A stretch of DNA of 64,000 nt from Roseibacillus sp. (GTDB lineage: Bacteria > Verrucomicrobiota > Verrucomicrobiia > Verrucomicrobiales > Akkermansiaceae), in contig CBDEUM010000012.1 in the NCBI GenBank assembly GCA_965242925.1, positions 160,001 through 224,000 on the forward strand, given 5' to 3'. The notes beneath the pieces were generated by a model. It did no database searches, was not told the origin of the DNA, and worked only from the letters and a program-made list of their open reading frames with translations. Shown here one piece after another: positions 18,298 through 28,672 of this stretch. The stretch's first letter is position 1; every line of letters starts with the position of its first letter. The translations under genes and the position numbers were made by a program.

Positions 18298-20544
18298 ATG
18301 CCTGTTTTCTCCCGCCTGATCCTCCCCGCACTCTTCGCTCTCTGCGGTTCCCTTCGGTCAACCGCCCAGGACGACATCGAAAACGCCATCTCCACCATGC
18401 TGGCCGGGATGAGCCTGGAGGAGAAGGTCGGCCAGATGACCCAGCTCACCCTGGGTGCCCTTTCCAGCGGAGAGGCCAATTCCGGAAATCCGGATGGACA
18501 TCAACTCGATCCCGAAAAACTCCGTCACGCCATCGTGAACAAACACGTGGGCTCCATTCTCAATGTCCACAACATGGCCTTCAGCGCGGAGCACTGGCAC
18601 AAGATTCTGACTCAGATCCAGGACCTGGCTACCAAGGAGACCGGGAACAAAATCCCCATCCTCTATGGAATCGACAGCGTCCATGGAGCAAATTACCTGC
18701 GGGGGGCCACCCTCTTTCCCCATAATCTGGGGCTTGCCGCCACGCGCAACAGGCAACTGGTGGAGCAATGTCACGCCATAACAGCCCGCGAAACCCGCGC
18801 CGCCGGTATTCCCTGGAACTTCGGGCCCTCTCTCGACGTGGGTCGACAACCGCTCTGGTCCCGCTACGTCGAGACCTTTGGCGAAGACGTCCACATTGCC
18901 AGCGTGATGGCCGTTGCCGCGGTGCGCGGCCTGCAGGGCGACTCGCTTTCCTCCCCCCGCTCCGTTGCCGCCACCGCCAAACATTTCCTAGCCTACAGCT
19001 TCCCCGCCAGCGGGCGGGATCGCACTCAATCTCTCCTCCCCGAACGCTACCTCCGCGAGCATTTCCTTCCCCCCTTCATGCACGCGGTGGAACAGAATGT
19101 GCAGGCGATCATGGTGAACTCCAGTGAAGTGAACGGCCTGCCCGTACACGCCAATCACAATGTGCTCACCAAGCTCCTGCGCGGTCAGATGAAGTTCAGG
19201 GGAGTGGTAGTCACTGACTGGGAGGACGTAAGGAAACTTCACAGCCTTCATCGGATCGCGCCCACCATCAAGGAGGCCGTCCGCCTCTCGGTGGAAGCCG
19301 GCATCGACATGTGCATGGCACCGGACGATTTCCACTTCACCGACAACCTGATCGGACTGGTCAGTGAGGGGCTCATCCTGGAAGAAGCGCTCGACACCTC
19401 CGTTCGCCGTATCCTCCGGCTCAAGTTTGCCCTCGGTCTCTTCGAGAATCCCTATCCCGACCCTGCCGCTGCCGGTGAAATCGGCAAGGAGGATGCACAC
19501 GCACTTTCCAGGCAGGCCGCCCGCGAGTCTCTCGTTCTCCTCAAGAATAATGGAGTCCTCCCCCTGTCCAAGGAAAGCAAGATCCTGCTCACCGGACCCG
19601 GTTGCCACTCGTTGTCCGCCCTCCATGGAGCCTGGTCCTACACCTGGCAGGGGACAGATGAGACGGCCTACCCGGAGACCCTTGACACCGTCCTGGAAGC
19701 CTTCAATGCCCACCACGGTCGGGACAACGTCCTCTGGGCGCGGGGAGCGCAGTGGGATGGATCCACTGACTTCGATTACGCTCTGCGCAAGGCACGGAAT
19801 GCCGATGTCATCGTGTGCGTCCTGGCGGAGAAACCCAGCACTGAAACCCCCGGGAACATCAACGACCTGGCCATGCCCGAAAACCAGTTGCGCCTGGTAA
19901 GACGCCTCGCCACCGGAAAGCCCCTTGTCCTTGTTCTCCTGGAAAATCGCCCCCGCCTCATCACCAGGGTCGCAGGCCTTTGCCATGCCATCATCTATGC
20001 CGGGCAGCCGGGGCCCCACGGTGGCGGCGCGCTCTACGAATTACTGACCGGACAGTTCAATCCCTCGGGACGGCTTCCTTTCACTTACCCCCGCGATCCA
20101 CACAACCTCCTCCCTTACGATCACAAGCACAGTGACAGTGTTGGTCCGGACGGGGACACCCCCGGATTCAATCCTCTCTACGAATTCGGACACGGACTGA
20201 GCTACACGACCTTCAAATACGACAAACTTGAGATAGCACCCGGACCTCTCACCCAAGTCGACAGTCTCAATCTGTCAGTGGAGGTCACCAATACCGGCCC
20301 ACGCAAGGGAACGGAAACCGTCCACGTTTTTGTCCGTGACCTGTTTGCTGAGATCGTTCCCCCGGTCAAACGCCTCCGGGCTTTCAGCCAAATCGAACTC
20401 TCACCCGGTGAAACCAAGACCGTCACCTTTGACATCCCCGCCATCGATCTCGCCTATTTCGGTCCGAAAAACTATCCCATTCTGGAACCCGGGGAGTTTG
20501 AGGTGATGATCGCCGACCAGAAGGCCACCGTCACCGTGCAGTAG
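18298..20544 (+). CDS. Secreted GH3 beta-glucosidase (BglX-like) with C-terminal Fn3-like domain
   Basis: MSLEEKVGQM, DSVHG, ETFGED, KHF, VVTDW, PSGRLPFTYP, FGHGLSYT; signal peptide after ATG 18298. Confidence 0.92.
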   Translation: MPVFSRLILPALFALCGSLRSTAQDDIENAISTMLAGMSLEEKVGQMTQLTLGALSSGEANSGNPDGHQLDPEKLRHAIVNKHVGSILNVHNMAFSAEHWHKILTQIQDLATKETGNKIPILYGIDSVHGANYLRGATLFPHNLGLAATRNRQLVEQCHAITARETRAAGIPWNFGPSLDVGRQPLWSRYVETFGEDVHIASVMAVAAVRGLQGDSLSSPRSVAATAKHFLAYSFPASGRDRTQSLLPERYLREHFLPPFMHAVEQNVQAIMVNSSEVNGLPVHANHNVLTKLLRGQMKFRGVVVTDWEDVRKLHSLHRIAPTIKEAVRLSVEAGIDMCMAPDDFHFTDNLIGLVSEGLILEEALDTSVRRILRLKFALGLFENPYPDPAAAGEIGKEDAHALSRQAARESLVLLKNNGVLPLSKESKILLTGPGCHSLSALHGAWSYTWQGTDETAYPETLDTVLEAFNAHHGRDNVLWARGAQWDGSTDFDYALRKARNADVIVCVLAEKPSTETPGNINDLAMPENQLRLVRRLATGKPLVLVLLENRPRLITRVAGLCHAIIYAGQPGPHGGGALYELLTGQFNPSGRLPFTYPRDPHNLLPYDHKHSDSVGPDGDTPGFNPLYEFGHGLSYTTFKYDKLEIAPGPLTQVDSLNLSVEVTNTGPRKGTETVHVFVRDLFAEIVPPVKRLRAFSQIELSPGETKTVTFDIPAIDLAYFGPKNYPILEPGEFEVMIADQKATVTVQ

Positions 20545-20605
20545 GGCTCCGGAAGAGCAGAGGGAGCCATTGACCCCTATGCTACGGTATCCCTAACACC
20601 ATCCT

Positions 20606-21418
20606 GTGTCCCGTCTTCTCCTCATCGCCATCCTGATGCCGCTCTGGGCCTCCCTTCCCGTCCCGGCCCAGGAAGGGCCATTGGTCACCTCTCCCACCAA
20701 GGCCCCGCCCAATCCCTATCAGTACCGCAAGACCGTTTACCCGTGGCGCCGGAATATCACCGCCACCATCTTCTGGATCGGTGAAAAACCAAGCGGACAA
20801 AATACCACTTCCAATCACCACTCCTCCTGGGACGGCAAGTGGGCCAAGAACTACGGCGGATACGACGACCCGGATCCAAAGGCACGGCAAAACTTTGCCC
20901 CCAGGGCCTTCCGCCCCGGTCTCAATCCGTTCTACGTGGCTCTCCCCTACAACGACTGTCTCAACCACCGTCGGCACCGCCCCGAAGCCTCCCGGGTAAT
21001 CCCCTGGTTCTCTCGCTACAATCCACCACCGGGTGAGAGCATCTGCAAGGGCCGTTGGATCCAGCTCTACTACCGTGGCAAGATCTGCTACGCCCAGTGG
21101 GAAGACTGCGGGCCCTGGGTCACCGACGACTGGAAATACGTCTTCGGTGGGCAACCCCCACACAACAACAGGGCCGGCATTGATGTCTCCCCCTCCGTCC
21201 GCGACTACCTCGGCCTGAAGTCCGGCGAGAAATTGCACTGGCGATTCGTGGAGTTCGGCGGGGTTCCCCGAGGACCGTGGTCATGGTATGGATCCAACAA
21301 CCCCTTCGTCGACCCGGAGGTCGATCCCGACGTGGCAGTGGTACGCCGACTTTACCGGTATCTTGAGCAGAAGAAACTGGAAGAGTTCCGCAGGAAGAAC
21401 AATCAGCTGCCACGGTAG
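20606..21418 (+). CDS. Secreted hypothetical protein, possible double-psi beta-barrel (RlpA-like) domain
   Basis: Signal peptide; YVALPY...AQWEDCGP...GIDVSP. Confidence 0.7.
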   Translation: MSRLLLIAILMPLWASLPVPAQEGPLVTSPTKAPPNPYQYRKTVYPWRRNITATIFWIGEKPSGQNTTSNHHSSWDGKWAKNYGGYDDPDPKARQNFAPRAFRPGLNPFYVALPYNDCLNHRRHRPEASRVIPWFSRYNPPPGESICKGRWIQLYYRGKICYAQWEDCGPWVTDDWKYVFGGQPPHNNRAGIDVSPSVRDYLGLKSGEKLHWRFVEFGGVPRGPWSWYGSNNPFVDPEVDPDVAVVRRLYRYLEQKKLEEFRRKNNQLPR

Positions 21419-21489
21419 AAATTCCGCGCTCCCTTTTTACGCAACGACGCATGGGGGATGTCCCCGGTGCCACCAGAGCACTGCCAATC

Positions 21490-22773
21490 TCACGCGCGCT
21501 CCAACAGGTTGCGAAGGTGCAGGATAATACGCGCCGTCGCGCCGCGATGTTGTTCGAGCACTGCCGTGGCCCTGGAGGTGAGCGTCCGCCGGTATTGTGC
21601 CGACTCCAGAACAGCGCGCAGGCCCTTCGGAAGATCCGATTTGGAGACACTCTCGACAGCCGATTCGGCGCGAAGCTCCGTGATGAGCGGCTCAAAGTTC
21701 TCCATGTGCGGACCACAGACTACCGGAGTGCCGACTGCGATCGCCTCGACCGGATTCTGTCCTCCCCGACTCAGGAAACTCTTACCGATGACCACCACGT
21801 CCGCATGAGCGGTCCAGTCCAGCAACTCACCGGTGGAATCCACCACCAAGACTGCCTTCTCAAGTTTACCCGGACCCTTGAAGCAGCTCCGCAGAACCAC
21901 TTCGAAACCGGCAGCTTCCAGATCAGCTCGAACTGTATGTCGGCGCTCGGCGTGCCGCGGAAGAATCACCGCCAACCCTCCCGGAACCTGTCTCACGGCC
22001 TCAGCAATCAGGCGTTCTTCACCGGCGTGACTACTGGCGACCACAACAACCGGACGCCCCGGACCGAAGGCATCTATCATCTCCTGGAACTCAACCCGTT
22101 TGACCGGGCATTCCAATCCTTCCAGATCAAACTTGAGACTGCCTGTCACCACCAGTGCCTCGGGCAGGACGCCTATGTTCGACCATCTCTCTGCATGCTC
22201 GGCCACCTGCGCGCACACCAACTTCAATTGACCGAACAGGGATGCGGTGATTACCCGGAAGCACTCGTAGCGGCGGGCCGATCGTGGCGACAGGCGGGCA
22301 TTCACGAGAGCTGTCGGAATTCCCCGGCGGTTGGCGACATGCAGGAGGTTGGGCCAGAGTTCGGAGTCTATCAGCACAATCAGCGCCGGTTCAAAGCGGT
22401 TGAAGATGTGGCGGATGATCGGGGAAAGATCGAGTGGACTGTAAATCACCCGCACCCCATCGGGAGCTTCCGTCTCCGCCAGTTGAAATCCCGTGGAGGT
22501 CGTGACCGCGATCACGAATTGCTCCTCCGGATGTAGCTTCAGCCACTCTGCAACCAGGCGAAGCGCCATCCTGACCTCACCAACACTGACGGCATGGACA
22601 TAAATCGCACCGACCGGCTCAAATTCAGCGGGACGCTGGAACATCCCCAGTCGCTGAAGAAGCCGCGTATCGAGTCCGCCCCGCCGGGCCATTCTGAGCA
22701 GCCATGCTGGCGCAGCGAGAAGCAGAAACAGGGGAAGCAGCCAGTTGTAGAGTAACCGCACCGCCATGTTCAT
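21490..22773 (-). CDS. waaA: 3-deoxy-D-manno-octulosonate (Kdo) transferase
   Basis: HAVSVGE, ELWPN, NARLS, GSLKFD, SSHAGEE, PRHAER, GGQNPVE; start moved downstream of the rsmD stop. Confidence 0.95.
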   Translation of the reverse strand: MNMAVRLLYNWLLPLFLLLAAPAWLLRMARRGGLDTRLLQRLGMFQRPAEFEPVGAIYVHAVSVGEVRMALRLVAEWLKLHPEEQFVIAVTTSTGFQLAETEAPDGVRVIYSPLDLSPIIRHIFNRFEPALIVLIDSELWPNLLHVANRRGIPTALVNARLSPRSARRYECFRVITASLFGQLKLVCAQVAEHAERWSNIGVLPEALVVTGSLKFDLEGLECPVKRVEFQEMIDAFGPGRPVVVVASSHAGEERLIAEAVRQVPGGLAVILPRHAERRHTVRADLEAAGFEVVLRSCFKGPGKLEKAVLVVDSTGELLDWTAHADVVVIGKSFLSRGGQNPVEAIAVGTPVVCGPHMENFEPLITELRAESAVESVSKSDLPKGLRAVLESAQYRRTLTSRATAVLEQHRGATARIILHLRNLLERA

Positions 22774-22784
22774 GGGCGGGAAAC

Positions 22785-23342
22785 CTATCGGGACTCCTCC
22801 CGAGCGTAAAACAGAATCGCGCTGCTCCCGTACTGCCGCCGGTCGATCATCTTCCACCCGGGCGCGGCTGGTTCCTCCCCCTCTGCTTCCACCTCCAGCA
22901 CAACCAGACCACCGTCTGACAATCGTGACGGAAGGGCCGCATCTTTCATGAGAGCCCCGGCCAGGTCGTAATCCGCGCTGGCCGCATAGGGTGGATCCGC
23001 CAGGATAAGATCAAACACCGCGGAGCAACTCCCCAGATAGGCGAAGACATCGCGCTGATGCACCGTACCCTGCCCTGCAAGTCGCGCCTTCCCCAGGTTT
23101 TCCCTGAGGATCCTACCGGCCGCTCCGCTTGCTTCCACGAAGACGGCTTCCTTCGCCCCCCGGCTCAGAGCCTCGATTCCCAGCGCTCCGGAACCCGCAA
23201 AGAGATCCAGGACCCGCGCGTCTTCCAGACGGACCTGCAGAATTGAAAAGAGGGCTTCCCGGAGCCGATCCGTGCTGGGCCGGGTCCCCCGAGCCGGCAC
23301 CTTCAAGCGCATTCCCCGTGCTATGCCTGCAATCACTCTCAT
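22785..23342 (-). CDS. rsmD: 16S rRNA m2G966 methyltransferase
   Basis: MRVIAG, TRPSTDRLREALF, DLFAGSGALGIEALSRGA, DPPY. Confidence 0.95.
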   Translation of the reverse strand: MRVIAGIARGMRLKVPARGTRPSTDRLREALFSILQVRLEDARVLDLFAGSGALGIEALSRGAKEAVFVEASGAAGRILRENLGKARLAGQGTVHQRDVFAYLGSCSAVFDLILADPPYAASADYDLAGALMKDAALPSRLSDGGLVVLEVEAEGEEPAAPGWKMIDRRQYGSSAILFYAREESR

Positions 23343-24832
23343 TGGGAAAGGAACTGGTCCTGATGACTGGGCGCAACATCCCGCTTAGTTTCTTCCGTCT
23401 CGTTCTTCAAAAAAGCCATCATCCGGTTCCATGCCTGGGACACCTCCATATCCTCGCCTTTCCGTCCCACGTCAACCACCGCCCGGTCCAGCGTTCCCTG
23501 CAGCTGAAAATCACGATAGTGACGATCGGATGTGACGAGCGGCGCCAACCAGGAGCGCGTCCAACCGCCGGTCAACATTGCCCCCACTGCGAATCGCGTG
23601 ATGGTCGCGGCACGGTCCTGATCAGCCACCACGCGCAGCACTCCCCGAACCCGGCCATCCGGAACGATCATTCCATTACCGAGAAAAGAAAGTTGCTCGC
23701 TGTGGAGTCGACCGTCAATGACCTGAAAGGTTCCTCCCCGCATGCTGGCAGTCAGTTTCCCGTGCTCAAACTCCACCTTGTCACCCCACACCGCATGAGT
23801 CAGACCGAGACCGGACGCCTCCAGCTCAAGGTTTCCTCGCCAGCTATTGAGAGAGGTCAGGGTCCCTCCCAGGCTTCCCTGCATATGAACGCGTCCAGCC
23901 TCCACTCCCATCTCAGACCACGGAGCCATCGGCACACTATTCATCCGCATCGGCCCGACCGGCACTTCAATTTTCACCAGGAAACGGGGCGTCCCCCTCA
24001 TTCGGATTGAACCTTCGCTACGAACGGACAGGCCTTCCCAGTCGTACTCGGTCGGTGCCAACCGAAGAAAGGGACGGTGCCATTCGATCCGATTGCGCCA
24101 GGCACCGCTCAGGACCCGGCCTCCGAGAGTGAGCCCATCGCATTCGATCCAGCCCGGAGCATCCTCTCCCTGCAGAGGCACCTTTCCCCGGAGGTTATGC
24201 AGAACAAACCCGCCTTTGCCCTTACCTTTACTGGAGTAAACGCCTATCTCACAGCGATCCAGGATGACCATGGACCGACGACCCGCAGGGGGACGACCCC
24301 GCTCCGGGGCCCTGACAGGCTGACTCCCCGATTTCTTCCCTCCCGGCTTCGGACCGGTCTCACTTTTCTCTCCTCCCGGTGCCGGGAGCGGCTCCGGAGA
24401 AGCAGTGGTTTCCTTCCCCGGCGTCTCCCCCCCGGGCAGGAGAGCCAGCAGTTCCATGGGAATGGCAATCGTTCCCCGTCGTATCCGAATCTCGCGCAGC
24501 TCAAGTTCTCCCTTCGGGAGAGCATCCCAGTAAACCTGCACGTCAACATCGGCCCGGCAGAGCGCCCGAACCGTCATGCCGATCTCCTGATTGCGGATCT
24601 CCGCGGTAACATCCCGTATCTGAATTCCCGTCCACGGTGTCCAGGAAAGAGATCCTATGTTCCATTCGAAATCCGATCGGCGTTCCAGTTTGTGCTCGAA
24701 CCAATTTCGGACCACGCGTGTCTGCAGCATCAGATTGGAGACAATGAGCAAACCGAGCGAAAGCACCGACAAGGGCACCAGAAACCAACGGATGATCACA
24801 ATGCCCGCAGATGTTTTCTCGCGCGCCTTCAA
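23339..24832 (-). CDS. Membrane-anchored beta-rich hypothetical protein (AsmA-like N-terminus suspected)
   Basis: Single N-terminal TM, amphipathic beta pattern, LPKGELELREIRI; 4-nt overlap with rsmD. Confidence 0.65.
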   Translation of the reverse strand: MKAREKTSAGIVIIRWFLVPLSVLSLGLLIVSNLMLQTRVVRNWFEHKLERRSDFEWNIGSLSWTPWTGIQIRDVTAEIRNQEIGMTVRALCRADVDVQVYWDALPKGELELREIRIRRGTIAIPMELLALLPGGETPGKETTASPEPLPAPGGEKSETGPKPGGKKSGSQPVRAPERGRPPAGRRSMVILDRCEIGVYSSKGKGKGGFVLHNLRGKVPLQGEDAPGWIECDGLTLGGRVLSGAWRNRIEWHRPFLRLAPTEYDWEGLSVRSEGSIRMRGTPRFLVKIEVPVGPMRMNSVPMAPWSEMGVEAGRVHMQGSLGGTLTSLNSWRGNLELEASGLGLTHAVWGDKVEFEHGKLTASMRGGTFQVIDGRLHSEQLSFLGNGMIVPDGRVRGVLRVVADQDRAATITRFAVGAMLTGGWTRSWLAPLVTSDRHYRDFQLQGTLDRAVVDVGRKGEDMEVSQAWNRMMAFLKNETEETKRDVAPSHQDQFLSQ

Positions 24833-24845
24833 AAGGGGTGAGGCG

Positions 24846-25562
24846 CTATTTGCCGGGCATGGGGAACCTGATCACCATGCTCCGGTCAAAGAGGATTCTG
24901 CCCGAGGGGGAAGTCGACTGCAGCCGGTAGACCAGAAGCCCCCACCGGGTTGCCACCAGTGTCCCGATCCCGAAATTCTCCTTGGTCTTTCCCAGGCTGT
25001 CCTCCTCCTGAAACCTCCACTCGTGTCCCGTCCACTTACCCAGAATGCTGCGGGGATCCGCATCAATGTCCTTAAGGCGGACGAGCTCTCCATTGGGTGA
25101 TTTGACCACGTCCTTCCCCTCCTGGTAGCGCAACAGGGAAATAGATGCGCCCCTTCCTGACACCCGGACCATCCACTCCCCCTTTTTCGTCTGCTCCAGC
25201 CGCACCACCACGTTTCCGTCCTTCAATGGAACCAGCTTCCGCTCATCCCACAACCTGTTATAGGTATCGTAATCCTCCTTGGTGAGCCCGAGCTTCTCGT
25301 GGAAAGGCAACGGAACACCGGGTCTGGCATTCTTGGAGTAGGTCTTGAACCACTCCGGGTCTGCCTGCGCAGCCTTCTCGACCTTCCTCACATACCCGTT
25401 GATTTCCTTGGGAGGTTCCACCACCACCACCTGTCCACGCGCAGCCACCCCGGGGGTCAGATACTTCCCGAGAACTACGGGAACCTTCTGGCCGATCGCT
25501 CCCTGGGAGAGGATCACAAGAACGCTGCATACCATGCCCACTGACTGGATGATTTTTTTCAT
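24846..25562 (-). CDS. Exported hypothetical protein
   Basis: MKKIIQ...signal-like N-terminus; 13 nt upstream of next gene. Confidence 0.75.
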   Translation of the reverse strand: MKKIIQSVGMVCSVLVILSQGAIGQKVPVVLGKYLTPGVAARGQVVVVEPPKEINGYVRKVEKAAQADPEWFKTYSKNARPGVPLPFHEKLGLTKEDYDTYNRLWDERKLVPLKDGNVVVRLEQTKKGEWMVRVSGRGASISLLRYQEGKDVVKSPNGELVRLKDIDADPRSILGKWTGHEWRFQEEDSLGKTKENFGIGTLVATRWGLLVYRLQSTSPSGRILFDRSMVIRFPMPGK

Positions 25563-25674
25563 TTCAAGGCGGGGTCAGGAGTCCGCCGGAGGATGGCACT
25601 ACGAGTACCCTCCTGCCAGCATGGCAACTCCTTACCACCACTGAGTCACCCCCGCAACCAGACTGATCGCAAAC

Positions 25675-26748
25675 TCAGGGTTGGACCGCGGATTCGCTCT
25701 CTTCGATTTGGATCCAGGAGCTTGCCAGCACCTTCTCCACCAGCACCGAGCGCCGGGATCCTGTGTCCGGAAGGAACCGCAGGCGCAGGCGCAATGGGAG
25801 TTGTCCCTTCCTGTTCCCCAGCAAAGCGGTCAATCCACGCCCGTGCGCGCTCCCTTTCTCAATGTATCCAAAAAGGAACTCATCCTCGTCCCGAAAGGTG
25901 AGTTTCAGGGACTGGTAGCGTTCCTTGTCCGAAAATTCGTATCCGTAGAACGTATCCAGTGCCGCATTAACCCGAAAGTCCATCGCCTCGGTCGGCTTTT
26001 TCTCCAGGTAGTCCGAGATTGCCATCGGCTGATAGCTCACTTCCGATTCCCAATCAAAACGCAGTTCTCCGTCCGCACAATCCTCCACGAGCAGCAACCG
26101 TGCATCTGATTTCCCTTCGACCATCCCATCGATCACGAAAAACGGATAGTTCTCCACTTGGGTCGGCTTGATATCCCCGACCGCCTCAAAGCGGGCACTT
26201 GTCAGTTCGTGACGCCGGTAATACTCCCTCATGAGCGGCAGAACCCGTGCCCGATGCCTTACATACCTTGATTTCTCCTCCACCGAGGTGGCAGCCAGAT
26301 ACTTCCTGGTCACCTGCTCTACCCTCTCCAGGAGTTTTTCAGCATCCCCGTCTTGCTTCATCCTCACCTCCTCCTTGACCACGTTCTTCTCGGTCACCGC
26401 CTTCTCTCCTCTTATCAACATGAATAATCCCCCCAGTCCCATTACGAGAAGCAGCACTCCGATCAGGACCAGCCACCCCATCGGCGTGGTTTTCTCCGAT
26501 TCTCTTTCATCAAAGTCCCAGGCAACCCCGAGTTCTTCGGCCGCCGCCTCCGGATCGGCCTCCATCTCTTCCATGGGCTTCAGTTCCCGGTCCACTTGCA
26601 TGCGAACCTTCTCCTCCCCCATCAGGGATAGCGGCGTATCAAGCTGTTGCCCCGGACCGCTCTCGGGCCCGGGCAATCGGACTACTTCCTGATCGGGAGC
26701 AGGCGTACCTTCCTGCTCTCCTCCACTGGGTCGACGCTGGTTCGCCAT
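25675..26748 (-). CDS. Bitopic membrane hypothetical protein
   Basis: Acidic disordered N-terminus, one TM (MGWLVLIGVLLLVMGLGGLFML), globular C-terminal part. Confidence 0.75.
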   Translation of the reverse strand: MANQRRPSGGEQEGTPAPDQEVVRLPGPESGPGQQLDTPLSLMGEEKVRMQVDRELKPMEEMEADPEAAAEELGVAWDFDERESEKTTPMGWLVLIGVLLLVMGLGGLFMLIRGEKAVTEKNVVKEEVRMKQDGDAEKLLERVEQVTRKYLAATSVEEKSRYVRHRARVLPLMREYYRRHELTSARFEAVGDIKPTQVENYPFFVIDGMVEGKSDARLLLVEDCADGELRFDWESEVSYQPMAISDYLEKKPTEAMDFRVNAALDTFYGYEFSDKERYQSLKLTFRDEDEFLFGYIEKGSAHGRGLTALLGNRKGQLPLRLRLRFLPDTGSRRSVLVEKVLASSWIQIEESESAVQP

Positions 26749-26869
26749 CGCAGGAACCCAATGTGCTCCAAAAACCCTCCGCTGGCAACCCTAGACCCTG
26801 CCTGCGAACCTCGTAAATATATGCAACATCACTGGTCGGATCCCCTGCCATACCCTACAACCCGCTCTC

Positions 26870-28009
26870 ATGAGCCTCTCCCGCCCGCCCCGAGTTCTCA
26901 TTGCAACTGCGGGCTTTGGCGACGGACACAATACCGCCGCCCGGGGGCTCGCCAAGGCCCTGGAAGGTCAGGCTGAGTCCCTCGTAACCGATCCCTGCGA
27001 GGAGGCGGCCCCCTGGCTCAACAACGTTCTGCGCAATGGTTATCGCTTCGTGACCACCTACCTGCCCCGCACCTGGAAGCGAATCTACAACAGCGTGGAA
27101 CACCACGACTTCTCCCGTCAGAAAATCCCGTTCATGCGTAATGTGGAAACCGCGTTTGCAGCACAGGTGAAGAGGTTCAATCCGGATGTGATCGTCTCCA
27201 CCTATCCGCTCTACCCCTACTTTGTTGAACGCTACATCAAAGGTGGTGGCCGCCCCTGTCCCATGGTCACCATCGTCACCGACTCCATCGAGATCAATGC
27301 CTCCTGGCGCAAATCCCCAACTGATTTCTGGCTTGTCACCGACCGGGAAACAAAAAGCTCATTGATCGAACAGAAGCTGCCGGAACAAAAAATCATCGAG
27401 ACAGGATTTCCGGTGGATCCCATCTTTGACAAGCTGTCGCCGGTCCCGACAGACGACCACGCCAAACCCTTTCGAGTTCTTTACTTTCCCACGGCGAGCA
27501 AGTCTTCCCTGATCCCTACGGCCCATACCATCCTGGAACATCAACCCTGGCCCATCGAGCTTACCATTGTGCTCGGACGAAATTTCCGGCGACTCTACCA
27601 CCTCGCGCGGAAACTCGTGGACGCTTACCCCAATCGCGTCCGGATCAAGGGATGGTCCCGAAGGGTTCCGGAACTGCTCTGCGAGCATCACCTGGTAGTG
27701 GGCAAGGCCGGTGGCGCCACCGTTCACGAATCCATCGCCGCGTGCTGCCCCATGCTGATTCAGCACCTCGTGCCCGGGCAGGAAGAGGGCAACCTCGAAC
27801 TACTGCGCCGGATTGGAGCTGGTGACCTCGCTGAAACCGGACCAGCCCTGGCCGCCGCACTGCGCGATCTCCTTTCCGACCGGGCCTCTCACTGGCACAG
27901 GCAGAAACACCGCCTCGCCCTCCATGCGCGTCCGGCGGCTTCCAGGGTGGCCGCCGGCTTTGTTCTGGAACTCGCTGCAAAAGCCCGGTCCAGTCCGGCC
28001 CCTAACTGA
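26870..28009 (+). CDS. MGDG-synthase/UgtP-like GT28 glycosyltransferase
   Basis: FGDGHN, STYP, VTD, TGFPV, GKAGG, PGQEEGN. Confidence 0.88.
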   Translation: MSLSRPPRVLIATAGFGDGHNTAARGLAKALEGQAESLVTDPCEEAAPWLNNVLRNGYRFVTTYLPRTWKRIYNSVEHHDFSRQKIPFMRNVETAFAAQVKRFNPDVIVSTYPLYPYFVERYIKGGGRPCPMVTIVTDSIEINASWRKSPTDFWLVTDRETKSSLIEQKLPEQKIIETGFPVDPIFDKLSPVPTDDHAKPFRVLYFPTASKSSLIPTAHTILEHQPWPIELTIVLGRNFRRLYHLARKLVDAYPNRVRIKGWSRRVPELLCEHHLVVGKAGGATVHESIAACCPMLIQHLVPGQEEGNLELLRRIGAGDLAETGPALAAALRDLLSDRASHWHRQKHRLALHARPAASRVAAGFVLELAAKARSSPAPN

Positions 28010-28024
28010 TCCACCCCCATCACC

Positions 28025-28672
28025 ATGCCTGTGCCGCCCACTGCCGCCCTCTTCGATATCGGAAATGTCCTCGTAGAGGTTGATTTTGCCCGGGGATTGA
28101 CTCCGCTTGTCTCCCCGGAAGCTGGCCCACCCCACCTGCGCCTGCGGAGCCTGCTGGAAAAGTGCAATGAACTGGAGACCGGCCAGGTCGCGCCCGACGA
28201 GTTCATCGCCATGGCCTCTGAATGCCTCGCTTTCACCGGTCCGGCCGAAGAATTCCGGGACGCCTGGAATTCCATTTTCCGTCCCCTGCGCTCGATGTGG
28301 TCAGTCGTGTCCTTCCTCAGATCACTCCGCCTGAAGCTCATTCTCTTCTCCAACACCAACTGCATGCACATTGAGTGGCTTCTCACGAACCACGAGATAT
28401 TCGAGGAGTTCGGAGGGCGGGTCTTCTCCCACGAAGTGGGTTTCACCAAGCCCGACCCGGCCATCTACCACCACGCCATCACCGAATTCAACCTCACCCC
28501 GGAGGAGACGCTCTACATCGACGATCTCCCGGAAAACATCGCCACCGGCCACACCCTGGGACTGCGATGCCACCAGTATTCACGGGAGAGACACCACGAA
28601 TTCATTGCCTGGCTCGATCAGGAATTCGGCCTGCCGGGCGGGGGGGCACACGGCACAATGGCCCCCACCTAA
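28025..28672 (+). CDS. HAD-family phosphatase (YihX-like)
   Basis: FDIGNVL, SNTN, KPDPAIY, YIDD. Confidence 0.88.
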   Translation: MPVPPTAALFDIGNVLVEVDFARGLTPLVSPEAGPPHLRLRSLLEKCNELETGQVAPDEFIAMASECLAFTGPAEEFRDAWNSIFRPLRSMWSVVSFLRSLRLKLILFSNTNCMHIEWLLTNHEIFEEFGGRVFSHEVGFTKPDPAIYHHAITEFNLTPEETLYIDDLPENIATGHTLGLRCHQYSRERHHEFIAWLDQEFGLPGGGAHGTMAPT

